Assembly: GCF_963676685.1 (NCBI RefSeq) | Contig: NC_092344.1 | Span: 65,162,001-65,226,000, forward strand | DNA: 64,000 nt | From: Mytilus edulis | Lineage: Eukaryota | Direction: 5' to 3' | In this document: piece by piece, positions 26,845-39,310 of the stretch | Layout of the letters: every line of letters starts with the position of its first letter | How positions within the stretch are numbered: position 1 is the first letter of the stretch | Made by a program: the position numbers and the translations under genes | The notes under the pieces: model-generated | Told to the model about the DNA's origin: nothing | What the model saw: only the letters and a program-made list of their open reading frames with translations | The model's database searches: none

Positions 26845-29800
26845 CTGAAAAAAAAGTTAAACAATATTGGTTTTGTATTTTTTCCCTAAATTTGTGTCCG
26901 CCATATTGGGATGATCGTAATTGCAGTTACGATCATCACGTTGACACCAGTGATTTTTTATTTATTATGGTATATGTTGACAGTTTGTTTCAACAAACTT
27001 GCAAGCATCGCTTTGTAAATTTACCAATCACAGAAACAAAATTCTACTGAGTAATATGTGAACTGAACTTAAACGTGTTTGTTCTTCTTTTAGTGTTTCT
27101 TTAATATGCATTAGCCCTACGGATTAAAAAGGTTATTCCACTTTTATAGGAGTCGTTTAGTATTTAAAGCCTCTTTCTGACTTATAAAGGTTCAAAGAAT
27201 TTTAGGTTAAATAGGTAAATTTTTCTTACTTTATTCTTTACAATTTTGATATAACTAAGAGGGTTTTTTTCTTTCAAGGGGGTTATTGAAGCATGCTTTA
27301 AGTTATCTCAACTGAACCTTCGTAAATGCTAGCTAGGACCGTCTAATGCTACCATCGGTCATTGCTGCTAAATTTAAATTTGTTACTTATGATGTTTTCG
27401 TGAAATATTGCTTTGTTTTATTGTCCTTTGTTTCCTTCTGGATTCGAAAGACGTGGGCTGTACTTTGAAATAATTCTTTTAAACTATGTGGTTCAAATTT
27501 CTTGAAATTTTTACTTTTTTTTCAAACGGTCAAAAGTTGTCAAACTTTAAGAAAATTAAACTAGCCAATTATGTTTCAAAGTGTTGGGTACCCATTTAAT
27601 TCAACGTACAAAGTAAGTTTACCAACTGTCACATTTTTATCTTAACAGGTTTATCATAGTTAAAGTACATAAGTACTTCATCAACTAAACTATCCTTAAA
27701 CTGAATATACTTTCATTAATTAAACTAAGCGAGTTGTCCCTTTTCATTATTTATCAATGTTCACCACAACTGGCATACAACATTTAGTTCTAATTGTTTT
27801 AACTGAAACTAGTATTTTTCATCTCTTTCAAATGTCAGCGAAAATGATAGATATAGAAAAGACATAGAAGTATTATTCAAAGTTACTGGTTATAAATTAA
27901 AAACACATTTTGTAACAACGGCTGTATTTTGCTTTTTTAGGTCATGTAGGAAATAAACATCGGTTTTACTTTCAAATTGTAAAAATAATATGGTTAGAAA
28001 TGGTTAGTTGGGAATTTATGTTTCTTCTGCTTTTTTACACGTTCATGTTATATATTGTGGAGAAATTGTGACTTTGATAGTGCTAAATGCAAAATGGTAG
28101 ACAAAAATGGTTAACCGTCACAAAAGACATGATAAGGGTTGGTAGTCAACTGGGGCATTTCTTTCTATTATACATAATTCGTTAGACTTTGTGACATAAA
28201 TAGTACCAATGAAAATTGGTGACAAAAATAGGGATTTGATTATAAACTGAGTGGATCGGGTGACTTAAAAAGTAAAATCATAAAAATACTGTGCTCCGTG
28301 GAAAATTCAAAAAGGAAAATGGCAAAATCAAAAGCTCAAACACATCAAACGAATGGATAACAACTGTCATATTGACTTAGAACAGGCATTTTCTTATGTA
28401 GAAAACGGTGTATTAAACCTGGTTTTATAGCTAGCTAAACCTCTCACTTTTATGACAGTCACATCAAATCCCATTAAATTGACAACGATGTGTGAATATA
28501 ACACACATACGTTTATGTTTGGCCTTATCATTATATGAAAACGTGCCTATTTGATCGAAAAATAACCTTAAAAACACATGCATCATTTCCACACGATATT
28601 TCTACTTGTAAATGTTAGTCATGAATGACGTTCAGGAAACTACATGGTATTATTATTACATAAATGCAAAAATAGCGCTTTGTCATGTTGATGAATTGTT
28701 TTTTTCAGAAGTTATCGTATAATTTATTGAACTTATATTTTCTATTTTATCTCCTTAATCTCGTTTATTATGATTTATTTCGAATTGGTAATAAATTTAA
28801 GTGTTTTAATCATTTCAGTGCATATTTAAATCGGATCCAACTAAAAACTAAATATGAATTTACCACACATTAATTAAAATGTCGGCATGTGATAACTACT
28901 TAACTTGAAATTTTTGCCTTTATTTTGATCCTATAAAAACAGATTCCCTTACAGTAACTGTACATGTATAAGGGTTTAGATGAGGGTTTTAAAAAAAATG
29001 ATAAAAATAATGGCCAAAAAATAAAGAGAATAGAAAGCCTTGAACCAAAAGGAAAAATAAAAGAGTATAATGAGGTACTACGATATAATCTATAAAAAAT
29101 AATGGGCAAAAGATTTAACGAATAGAGAAGAATGAACTGAAAAAAAAAGAAAAAGAATAACGAGGTGCTGAAATATATGGAATAGAAAATAATATACAAA
29201 GAATATAAATAATAGACAAAAATATTATAAAGAATTAAAAGATACAGAGATGAAAATCCCCCATCTAGATCCTCCTTAATTCCTTTTATTGTTAAACATG
29301 AACATGTGCAGAAAGTAGCCTATATGGATGGTATATTTTCATTTTTTTTTTTTACTTAATAAGCTTCTTGTTATTAAATTTTAAAATATCAAACTTTAAC
29401 TATTACGAATGGATAAAATTTACTATCAACAGGATATTGTGGTTGAATCTATAATTTCAAAATATGACATCTGGGAGTGGACAACCTTGTAGCAGAACGT
29501 ATGATATTATTTATGAAATATATCACCTGTTTTTATAGCACCTTACATTTCACAATTAGTATCAAGTAATAACAATCCAATGATGTAAAAGTAAGGGATT
29601 GAAATACAGCAACATAACGATACTAGCATACAAAACGATATCTAGGTCAAATTCATTTATCTAAACGAAAAGGAGTCTATACAAAATACACTGCTGTCGA
29701 AAGTCTAAAAAAAGTTGTAAATACATTAAACAGAAACTATATGCTATGAACAGCAAGTTCTCCATACAAAAAAACATGGAGTTATGACATAGGACATATC

Positions 29801-30040
29801 AATGCATACGTAAATGCATGTTTATAGTATGTTCCTATTGTATATTCATGTATTGACAATTGTTCATTTCAACTGCTCAAGGAGAACTTATGTTAAGGCG
29901 AGGTGTTTATGTCCTATAAGTTCGTATTAAAATGACATTCCTCGATAATATATTGTTTGTTTCGGTTATAACACACTTATATAATTTGTAGTGCAATTCT
30001 TATGTTTATTTTGTTTATTGATATAAAAATACTGTGCAGA

Positions 30041-30265
30041 TAAATAAAGGCAACAGTAGTATACCGCTGTTCAAATCTCATAAATCAATGGACAAAAAAC
30101 AAAATAGGGGTAACAAACTAAAACCGAGGGAAACGCATTAAATATAAGAGGAGAACAACGACACTACACTAAAATGTAACACACACAGAAACGGACCAAG
30201 CATCAGACAAAATCCCACGAGAATAACAAATATAACATCAAAACCAAATACATGAATTTGGAAGT
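30041..30265 (+). repeat. Dispersed repeat copy (aaataaaggcaacagtagtataccgctgttcaaa family)
   Basis: Similar sequence at ~9495-9640 and, inverted, at ~34470-34565. Confidence 0.65.
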
Positions 30266-30337
30266 ATTCCAATTGTATCATATACCCTTTCTTGACGAAG
30301 TGTCTAATAATACAAGTGAGGATCATATATTACCTAC

Positions 30338-31151
30338 CATTTGGAGCAACTATTTTGGTTGTACAGTAGGGTCCAGTGAAATCAGAATCGCACTTGCATT
30401 TAGAGGTGCCATTTATTTTGTCAATTATTTTACAGCTCCCATGCAGTCCACAATCTCTCGTACATCTTTCATCACAAAAGGAACCAGTATAGCCAAATTC
30501 ACAAAGACAAAAAAAACTCTTCCGTTTCCCTTCTGATTTAGTTTTTGGTTCAATTTTTATGCACACACCCCGTTCACATGTCAAGCCTCCACCACAATTG
30601 GAATTTAAATCAGAGCAAGTATAATTATAACTCTCTATGTAACTTTCAACACATTTCCCTCCATTTTGACAAGTATTGCGACATTCATTCCATAACGTTT
30701 GTCGACTTTGAAAGTTTTCGGGATTGTTATGAATTGTTGCATTTCCTTCAGATGTTTCGTTGTATCGGTTTGGATCGGTTACTGGTACAAATAACCGATC
30801 CGTGAAAGAGCTGTTCGGAACTCTGTCATCTTGTTTTGTAGCAGTATGGCGACGGCGAGACATGAAATGATCACTTGACCTAGTATGATTTTTTATGTCA
30901 TCTATTTCGATGTCACACCATCTTCCAGTAGTATTCACAGGACAAACACAGCTTGCAAAACATGTACGACTATCCAAGACACAATGTCCACGGTTACAAT
31001 TTGTAAAAACACAAAAGTCTAAACAATTTTTTCGAGGCGGTCGAAATTCGGGTTTTCCAACAGATCGTATACGAATAATTGAAGAATTTGTTATATCAAT
31101 ATAAATAATAATCGCATATACTACATGCAGCCAAGAACAATAAATAACCAT
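30338..31151 (-). CDS. EGF-TM-TIR receptor, first coding exon: signal peptide and Cys-rich ectodomain with 3 complete and 1 partial EGF-like repeats
   Basis: ATG at 31151 followed by hydrophobic MVIYCSWLHVVYAIIIYI. EGF C-terminal signatures CVCPVNTTGRWC, CLCEFGYTGSFC and CKCDSDFTGPYC; partial repeat CQNGGKC. The g|gtaggt donor is in phase with the TM exon. Confidence 0.88.
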
Positions 31152-32600
31152 GTCGGAACCTATCAACGCTACACATACTAACAGTCCATGAATAGTATAG
31201 TTCTACATGATATGTCTTTAAAAACTTAAATTATATAAAAACCTGATATAAACAGAACAACGAAAATAAATGTTTTTGTTGTATTTCACAATATCATAGA
31301 CTCCATTTTATGTTTTGAACTAACGAAAACATGTCGTTAAAAGTTCATATATAAGTTTTTCTCTAGCAAATTGAGAAATTTAAGACACAAAAGCTTATGT
31401 ACTATACTCCATATCAAGATCATGATTATTTCTTTCCATCCTCATCCAAAATTAAGATAATAAGTACTAATACAAACTCCGCGAAAAATAATTACAACTT
31501 CTTTTGTGTCAAAACAGAAAAAAGATATTATTTAGTAATAAAAAGTGAATACACAGTAGATTTGTCGTCATTTTACCTGTGGGTCATACTAATTTATCAT
31601 ACTTGACACATTGTGACGTGAACAGTTATATCGGAGCCTGATGTGGGCTCAACTATACTAATTGCACAATTCATCAACAAAAATTTCAGATTATTTTGCC
31701 GTTGGCAATTTACAGATTTAAGTGCATTTTCTATTTTGTTACGCAAAGAGTTTATTTACTTGGATTTTTTCTTAAATTTTTAATGTACGAAGCGATGAGG
31801 AGATAACTCATTTGCTTGACATCTTCTGAATATATTAAACTTTAAAACCGTACATAAATTTCACTTACGAAAGAACTTTTGAATATTTTAATTTTAATTT
31901 AATGTTTAGTTTTAACAGAATATAAAAACAATTATTCGAAAAATATCTTCATATAATGTTCATTGGTAAAGTAGTTGCTCGGACGGAGTTTGTTCTATTA
32001 CTTATAAAATATTTGAAGCCCAAAAAATGCCGGTTACCTATAAACGACAATTTTATATCTAGTTTCGCAGGTTAGCTGATATCGGAAATCTCTGGAAAGC
32101 TTGAAAAATTGTTTCAATTGTCAATGTGCATATTTTAAAATAAAGTTGTTCCTGTTTTGACAAGAAATTGATTATGTCGTCATAGTACAAAAATATAAAC
32201 TTATGTTACCACTAATTAATGGAGCTAGAATCTTAAAGGTGTGTGTATAGAATGATCAATTTTATTGTAATACTGGCTTATTCTAAAAGGATTTTTCAAT
32301 GTCATATTATTTTTCAATTTCATATCATTTTTCAATTACAAATTTTATTTGAATAATAGATTGAAAAAGCTATCTATATGTTGCTTTTCTGTAAATATTG
32401 ATAATGCATTTTCCCATAGGAACTCCCTTTACGGCTAAAACTGCCTAGAATGGAAAGTTCAGATGCACTACACTTTTTTTCAAAGGTCAAAATATAGGGC
32501 TATTCCTACCTCGACTGTATGGTTACCATAGATTTCAATATAAACAATATTTACATGTATATTTTCTGGTAACTTTCCTAAGTTATGTTTCTATGAGATG

Positions 32601-33733
32601 CAAAAGAGGGACGAACGATACCAGAGGGACAGTCAAACTCATAAATCGAAAATAAACTGACAACGCCATGGCTAAAAATGAAAAGGACAAACAGGCAAAC
32701 AATAGTACACATAACACAACATAGAAAACTAAAGAATAAACAACACGAACCCCACCAAAAACTAGGGGTGATCTCCGGTGCTCCGGAAGGGTAAGCAGAT
32801 CCTGCTCCACATGTGGCACCCGTCGTGTTGCTTATGAGATAACAAATCCGGTAAATAGTCTAATTCGGTAGGTCACATTTATGAAAGGGAAGGGGATTGT
32901 AGTTACGACGTAAGGAACATATCCGATATCATTTGTGAAACGGTTATTCCATAACGGTCAACCAACTCGTGATGGCGTCCGTAAAATTTACGAAGAGATG
33001 ATTTCAACTTCACCATTTGGAACTCTTGATTTAATAGCTTTCTTGTGAGCAACAACCCTCTATCAAGAAAATCATGATAGGAAATGCAAGCACGGGAATA
33101 TCGTATCAATTGGGAGATATATACCCCGTATGCAGGTGCTGCTGGAATGGTGCTACTTAGAAATGGAAAGTTCACAATTGGAAAGCTGAAATCATCTCTT
33201 TTGTCGTAAAGTTTTGTTTTCAATCGACCCTCATTGTCAATTTCTAGATGTAAGTCAAGATATGAGGCCGAGTGTATCTGTTGTATCCTTTATCTCTAGT
33301 TCAATGGGATAGATGCGTTCGACATAGTCACCAAATTTTGAATTATTTAGTGAAAGAACATAATCTATATAGCGGAAAGTAGAGTTAAAGGATATTGCTA
33401 ACTTTTATCTTTCTTCCTAATAAGTTTCTGTATAAAGTCAGCCCCATTATAATAAAGAAACAAGTCGGCAAGAAGAGGGGCACAATTCGTTCACATTAGA
33501 ATGACGATAGTCTGTTGAAAAACACGTCCTCCGAACGTAACAAATATGTTGTCAATCAAGAAATCAAGCATCTTGATAATGTCAGTTTCAGAGATTTTTT
33601 TGTTTGAATCAGAGTGATCCTTTACAAAGTAGGATGTATCCCTTCCGAAGACAAGATACTTGTATCTTCGTTGGCCATTCTTTTTTATGAAACAAAGCAA
33701 TACCAACTCTTTCAATTTGTCTTTTAGTTGCAA
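32601..33733 (-). mobile_element. 5'-truncated, inactivated Penelope-like retroelement (RT C-terminal half plus 3' repeat)
   Basis: DFLIDNIFVTFGGRVFQQT..M*TNCAPLLADLFL..FRYIDY..KLYDKRDDFSFPIVNFPFLSS..AYGVYISQLIRYSR. In-frame stop, frameshifts, and YIDD changed to YIDY. Confidence 0.85.
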
Positions 33734-36574
33734 CCTACAGATCAGAACTGGGAACCAGTATGTAAACAAAATTTATTTTCTATGAATATTCTAAATCTCC
33801 CCAAAAGAGGCGTGGTTTGAGAAACAGCTGTACTCATAGTATTTACAAAGTGCAACCTAAAGACGGCTGTATAATTTTGCATTAGTAATATAAAAAATCA
33901 TCACCGTTTTACACTACTATAACTAATGCTTAATTGTAAAATCTACTACATCGTCTCTTTAAACATAGCTTTTATTTCTACAAAAATGAGTAACGTAGAT
34001 ACAAATTACATGTTTTAGATGATAAAAGAACATCAATTTGCAAAGAACTACGCCGATTCTTAAAAAAATCCCATAAAAGACGAGATCGCCAAAATCCAAA
34101 AAACAAGAATCTATTTCAAGTTTGATGATTCAACATTCTTTTTTTAGCAGAAATATAGCATCTGATATGAAATGTTACGATCTTGCATATTAACACTATA
34201 CTGACTCCGGCAACATACGTATGCTTGTTGTCCATCAATTTAATGTGTTTGAGCTTTTGATTTTTCCTTTCGATTAGGGACTTTCATATTTCCCCAGAGT
34301 TCAGTATTATTGTGATTTTACTTTTTACGATTAGATTGATGTGTTTGAGCTTTTGATTTTTGCCGTTTTATTATTGAATTTTCATTACGAGTTTTCCTCG
34401 GAGCTCGGTATTTTTGTTATTTTTCTATTTACCCTGTCGACACATCTGATCTTGTCCCTTTCTGGAGTTCATGCGATTCCTTCGGTTTAAGTTTGTCGCT
34501 TGATTTGTGTCTCCCTTTAATCAAATTACGAGATTTGAACATCAGTAACATAGTGTCACATTTATCAGCTATATGTGACGTTAAGATAAAGGTCTACTCT
34601 GGAGAACATGGAAGAACACATTGGCATTATACGGTCTAAAGAAGACCAAATTTTTTGTATACCAGACTCTTTTGATATGTTTTTGTAAGGGTGACACCTT
34701 TACTAATTTGAATGAGATACACAAACTGTCGTATCCAGGGTAACTTTTCATGTAACTAAAGCAAATTGAACACCTAATAGAATAAGGAAGCACTCTCCAC
34801 CAAAGTATCAGATTAAATTTGCTTGCATATTCAATAAAAACCCCTGCCATATCAATTAGCAAAGCATATAAACCCCTTTTCCGATGTATTTATGAGATTT
34901 GTTTTGAGAAAATGATACCATTTTAAGGACTGATAATTGTCTTATTTAATAAATACAGAGTATTGAGTAGAGTCAATAAAAGGATCAAAACGAGAAAACG
35001 TAAACGAGCTGTTCGACCAAATATCTTATGTAATAAATTATTGGCCGCGAATAAGACATATCTAGCAACTATCACCGTGTTCACCTTATGCTTAGATGTT
35101 CAGATTATAAAAAAAGTAGACTAACAAAAATTTTCACGAACTGAAAAAAGAAATTCAAAACGGAAAATCCTATATGAAATGGCAAAATCAAAAGTTCAAA
35201 CACAACTTACAAAAGGAAAACAACTGTCACATTCCTGACTTGATACATACATTTCCTTATGTAAAAAATGTTGATTACACTTTGTTTGTATACAAACGTA
35301 CGACGATAGTTGGTCGATAATCATATAATGATGCTGTTTGGGTAAACGAGATAGTCACTTTAATGAAGATTGTTTATTTCTATGCCACGAGGAGCCCGAC
35401 ACATTTATTTTGATGCATGCCATTCCCTATTTCATGAAGTAGAACATTGGAGATATATTCATGGCTGCTCAAAATATTATTAAACACATCATAGATACTA
35501 GAAAAGTTTGCACACCACACTCGCATTTCGTCAAAAGACCAATCAGTATCACTGAAATAAAAAAAAATGTTTACAAGGCCACATAAAGTTGACGAGCATT
35601 GTCAACCGAAAATGACGAATATGGTGTTAAAACCAATAAAGTTATACATTCCTGGTCTTTTATTAGCTCATTAAACATAGAAAAATTAAAAAGTTGGTAT
35701 GATTGCTGTTACGATCAAGTAACAAATATGATTTTTTGCAATGAAATGCAAATACAAAAAGTCCAAGCTATCGTTTACAAAAAACTTAAACTATTAAAGT
35801 GTCACATTTCCAGAATTTGATGTTAACGAAGTTGAAAAAAGTTATTTACGTGAAAAGTCTGAAGTTATGTGCATGTTTAACATATGAGTAACACTTTTTT
35901 TGAAAACCGAAGTCCCTAGGCGGTCATTTTGTTTTAAACAGTAATGTTTTGGATTCCGCATACCAAAATGGGATTTAAGCTTCTTATGTTGGAACAAGTC
36001 CCTTTTACTAATGCTCAAACACTCCAGCAATCGTGATTAAAGGCCTTACTATAATTGGTAATGATTTCATGTGTCTTTGGTAAGAGGCAACCTGAATCGA
36101 AGATACAAAACAACTCAAATGAATGTTTGGTATGTCTATAATCCTATGCATATGATGGTCAGTGATAGTGTTTTAAATATGAACACTTCCAAATTTTCGA
36201 AAATTAAGTAAAACATTTTCTGTGTCAGAACTATTATCTCTTAAGAAATTACGTTGAGTGCAGAGTTTTATCATTATGTTATTGAAGGCGATATTTTAAT
36301 GTGCCTGAAAAAATGAAACCCAAAATAATTTTTAAATGTCATTGTAGCTATATTTCTATAATTTGTTTGTATTTTCACCGTTTTTTCTTTTGGTCCAGAC
36401 TTTGTCTGTTTGTATTGGACTAAAGACAGGAATTTTGTTGCATAGTTTTTAAACGTAATTCAATTTTAAAAATATCGTTGCGTGAAATAATACTTATTGT
36501 CGTACGCGTAAATCAGTTTTTTGTGTGGGAGAATGTTTTAATTGAATAATACACTGGCGCCGTAAGGTACAATT

Positions 36575-37725
36575 AATAGATTATAAACTTACTGTTTACA
36601 AAATTTTGCATTTTTGAAATACTAAGGCTATCTACGTCAGCAATAGATTACCTAAGCTTTTTGACAGAATGTTAAGGAAGTTTTTGTCCTCAATACTCTT
36701 TAATTTCATACTTTATTTGGCTTTTTTACATTACGGATTCGAGCGTTACCGATGAGTCTTTTGTAGACAAAACGCGTGTTTCGCACTAATACATTTTTTT
36801 TTAAATCCTGGTATCTATGATGATGAGTGTGTTTTCCACGTACTGGGTCGATGCACTGCTGTTGGAGTTTATATTCCCCGAGAACATCACCAGCCTAGTA
36901 CGTAGCCCTTCTGTGTTGACATAAATTATCATTGATATGGTCATAATAATAAATTAACTGTTTACAAAACTTAGAATTTTCGACAAACTAAGGCTTTCTT
37001 CCTCAGGAATAGATTACCTTGGTTGTATTTGGCAAAACTTTTAAGATTTCTTTCTCCTCAATGCTCTTCAACTTCGTACATTATTTAGCCTTGTCAACTT
37101 TATTTGATTCAGGCGTCACTCATGAGTCTTTTGTAGACAACACGTTCGCCACGCGCTTATACAAATGTTTTAGTCCTGGTATATATGATGAGTGTATTTT
37201 CCATCTACTGGGTAGATACCACTTGCATTTTGAAGTTCTAAGACTTTCTTCCTCAGAAATACATTACCTTGGCTGTATTTGGAACAACGTTTAGGAAGTT
37301 TAATCCTAAATGCTCATCGACATCGTACTTTATTTGGCCTCTTTAACCTTATTTGATTCGAGCGTCACTTTTGAAAATAAAACGTTGAATCCTCGTATCT
37401 ATGACGAGTTTATTTACAACCACAGGGTTGATGGCACTGCTGGTTAAGTTTTTATTCCCCGCGGGTATGACCGGCCCAATAGTCAGCACTTCTGTGCTGA
37501 CATGAATTATCATTGATATGGTCATAATTATAAATTAACTGTTTAAAAAACTTTACTTTGTTTAAATACTTAGACTTTCTATCTGAGGTATAGATCAACT
37601 TGGCTGCATTTGGCCTTTTTAACTATTTTTGGGTCAATCATCACTGATGAAACTTTTGTAAATGAAACGCGCGTCTTGCGCTTATACATTCTTTTAATTC
37701 TGGTATCTATAATGAGTTTATTTAC
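36575..37725 (+). mobile_element. Degenerate tandem array of a ~370-bp monomer with hammerhead ribozyme cores (non-LTR retrozyme-like)
   Basis: Cores at ~36749, 37119, 37358 (deleted) and 37644. The cross-copy consensus CTGATGA-GTCT(TTTGT)AGAC-GAAA-CGCG is a hammerhead core. Spacing of the first two copies is 370 bp. Confidence 0.75.
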
Positions 37726-37763
37726 ATTACTTTTTAAAAATATTGATGTTGTCGAGCGTTGCT

Positions 37764-37872
37764 TAATAGTTATCCCACAAGGACGCGGTATGTCAGTGTA
37801 AGATCACCCCGATGGCCGGAGGCCAGAGGGTGATCTAACACTGACACACCAAGTCCGAGTGGGATAACTATT
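37764..37872. repeat. Long imperfect palindrome (~52-bp arms), probably the end of a non-autonomous element
   Basis: aatagttatcccac...agatcacccc..tggcc gga ggcca..gggtgatcta...gtgggataactatt. Confidence 0.85.
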
Positions 37873-38267
37873 TTACATCCAAGTTGTTTTAGATTAGACG
37901 AAAAACCATTTACAATTCATAAAATCTTGTTTAGAACGCCACACAACCATTATAATATACTTTATATATTACTATATGATGTATACCCGAACACGATGAG
38001 TAGATACATTGTATCAAACAATGTCAACTCGCCCGCCTTGCTAATCGTCCCATACTATATCGCCACTTTATAAAAAAAATCGCCCCACTCTTTATTACCG
38101 ACTCGCCCCACTTTCGAAAAAGTGTCAAATTGAACAATCAGTCTGACAACTCACTTATTAACGAAAAAGGTTTAAACCCCACTGAATAATGGTCTGCCAA
38201 CTCGCCCCCCTTATAAAAAGATCTTGCTTCCTTTAAGTATGTTAAATAACTGTTAGTTCGTATCAAG

Positions 38268-38335
38268 TCGTCCTGGTGTAGTGGTATGTGTCGTGGCTTG
38301 ATATGCTAAAGGTCTTGAGTTCGAATAACAGCATA
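38268..38335 (+). pseudogene. tRNA-like sequence (SINE head or tRNA pseudogene)
   Basis: A-box-like TGGTGTAGTGG, stem-loop TGGC-TTGATAT-GCTA and B-box-like GAGTTCGAAT. No convincing acceptor stem. Confidence 0.5.
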
Positions 38336-38574
38336 TACACTGGATTTTTTCTTCGTGAATTTTGATAGATAGTCTTTTCCGTATAATTAATTATAAGTTT
38401 TATAGTGGATTTGACATTCCCGCCAAAATGTTACAGAACAAAGGAAAGCATGCATTACAAAGAAACTCAAACTGGGGTGATCCTGCTCAGATCACCCCTG
38501 TTAGAACAAAGGAGCTGATTTCTGGACGGTCAAATAATAACAAGTCCATTTCATCTTAGTCTAGGGTTCTTTAA

Positions 38575-39310
38575 GTAAGTAAGTAAGTAAGTAAAACTTT
38601 ATTTGGATTCGGCATATTGACAAACAATACAAACATAAGCTCTAATGAGCTTTTCACCGAATATAAAAACATATGCAATAACAAATAAAACAAGGCATGC
38701 AGCATGCAATAAATAATAAGAAACAGCACCAAAAATTAACTCTAAGCAAATAGATAATACATGTATCTTGCAAAATACCAAAACATATATATGAAGCACT
38801 AAAATTTTTAAAAATTTTCTGTTTAAAAATTAATTTTTAAATAATTTATGAATTATAAAGTAAAAAATTTCAAATCTTTCAAATTTTAAAAGGTAAAAAA
38901 CAAAATTTCAGTTGCAACGCAGGCTGTTAATGCAACATGAAAAGCATAAATATTGTAACACAAAGTTATCTACAGGCAGAGCAAAAACATTCTGTTCCAC
39001 TCCAGGACTGTACAAGACTCTTAAAATGTGAGAAGCTGTTAACAGTCCTGAAGTGGTCAGGTAAGCTATTCCATAAAGTAGCAGCAGCAAAACTAAAAGA
39101 TTTTTTTCCATATGAGGTAGTTCTTACCTGTGGTACATCCAAAATATTGCTGTATCTAAAAGAATATTTAGTGTGTTTAATTTTTATTAAATTTTGTAAA
39201 CATACAGGAGCCAAATTATTTAAAATTTTATAAGTCTCAAGTGCCATTGTCCTGATGCGTCTTACTTGTAGGGTTGGAACCTTTGCGTTCTCAAGAAGAG
39301 TTTCAGAGGA
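38575..39310 (-). mobile_element. CR1/L2-group LINE 3' end
   Basis: ORF2 C-terminus LETYKILNNLAP...YSFR...YGKKSFSFAAATLWNSLP, then a 3' UTR, AATAAA and a (TTAC)n tail at 38575-38602. Confidence 0.85.

Noticed and set aside
33488-33496. In-frame TGA in the PLE RT as selenocysteine
   Set aside because: It replaces the Gly of the conserved MGT motif in a copy that also has frameshifts, so it is an ordinary nonsense mutation.
34581-34862. 93-aa minus-strand ORF as an upstream receptor exon
   Set aside because: No recognisable motif or supported splice link, and the receptor already has an ATG and signal peptide.
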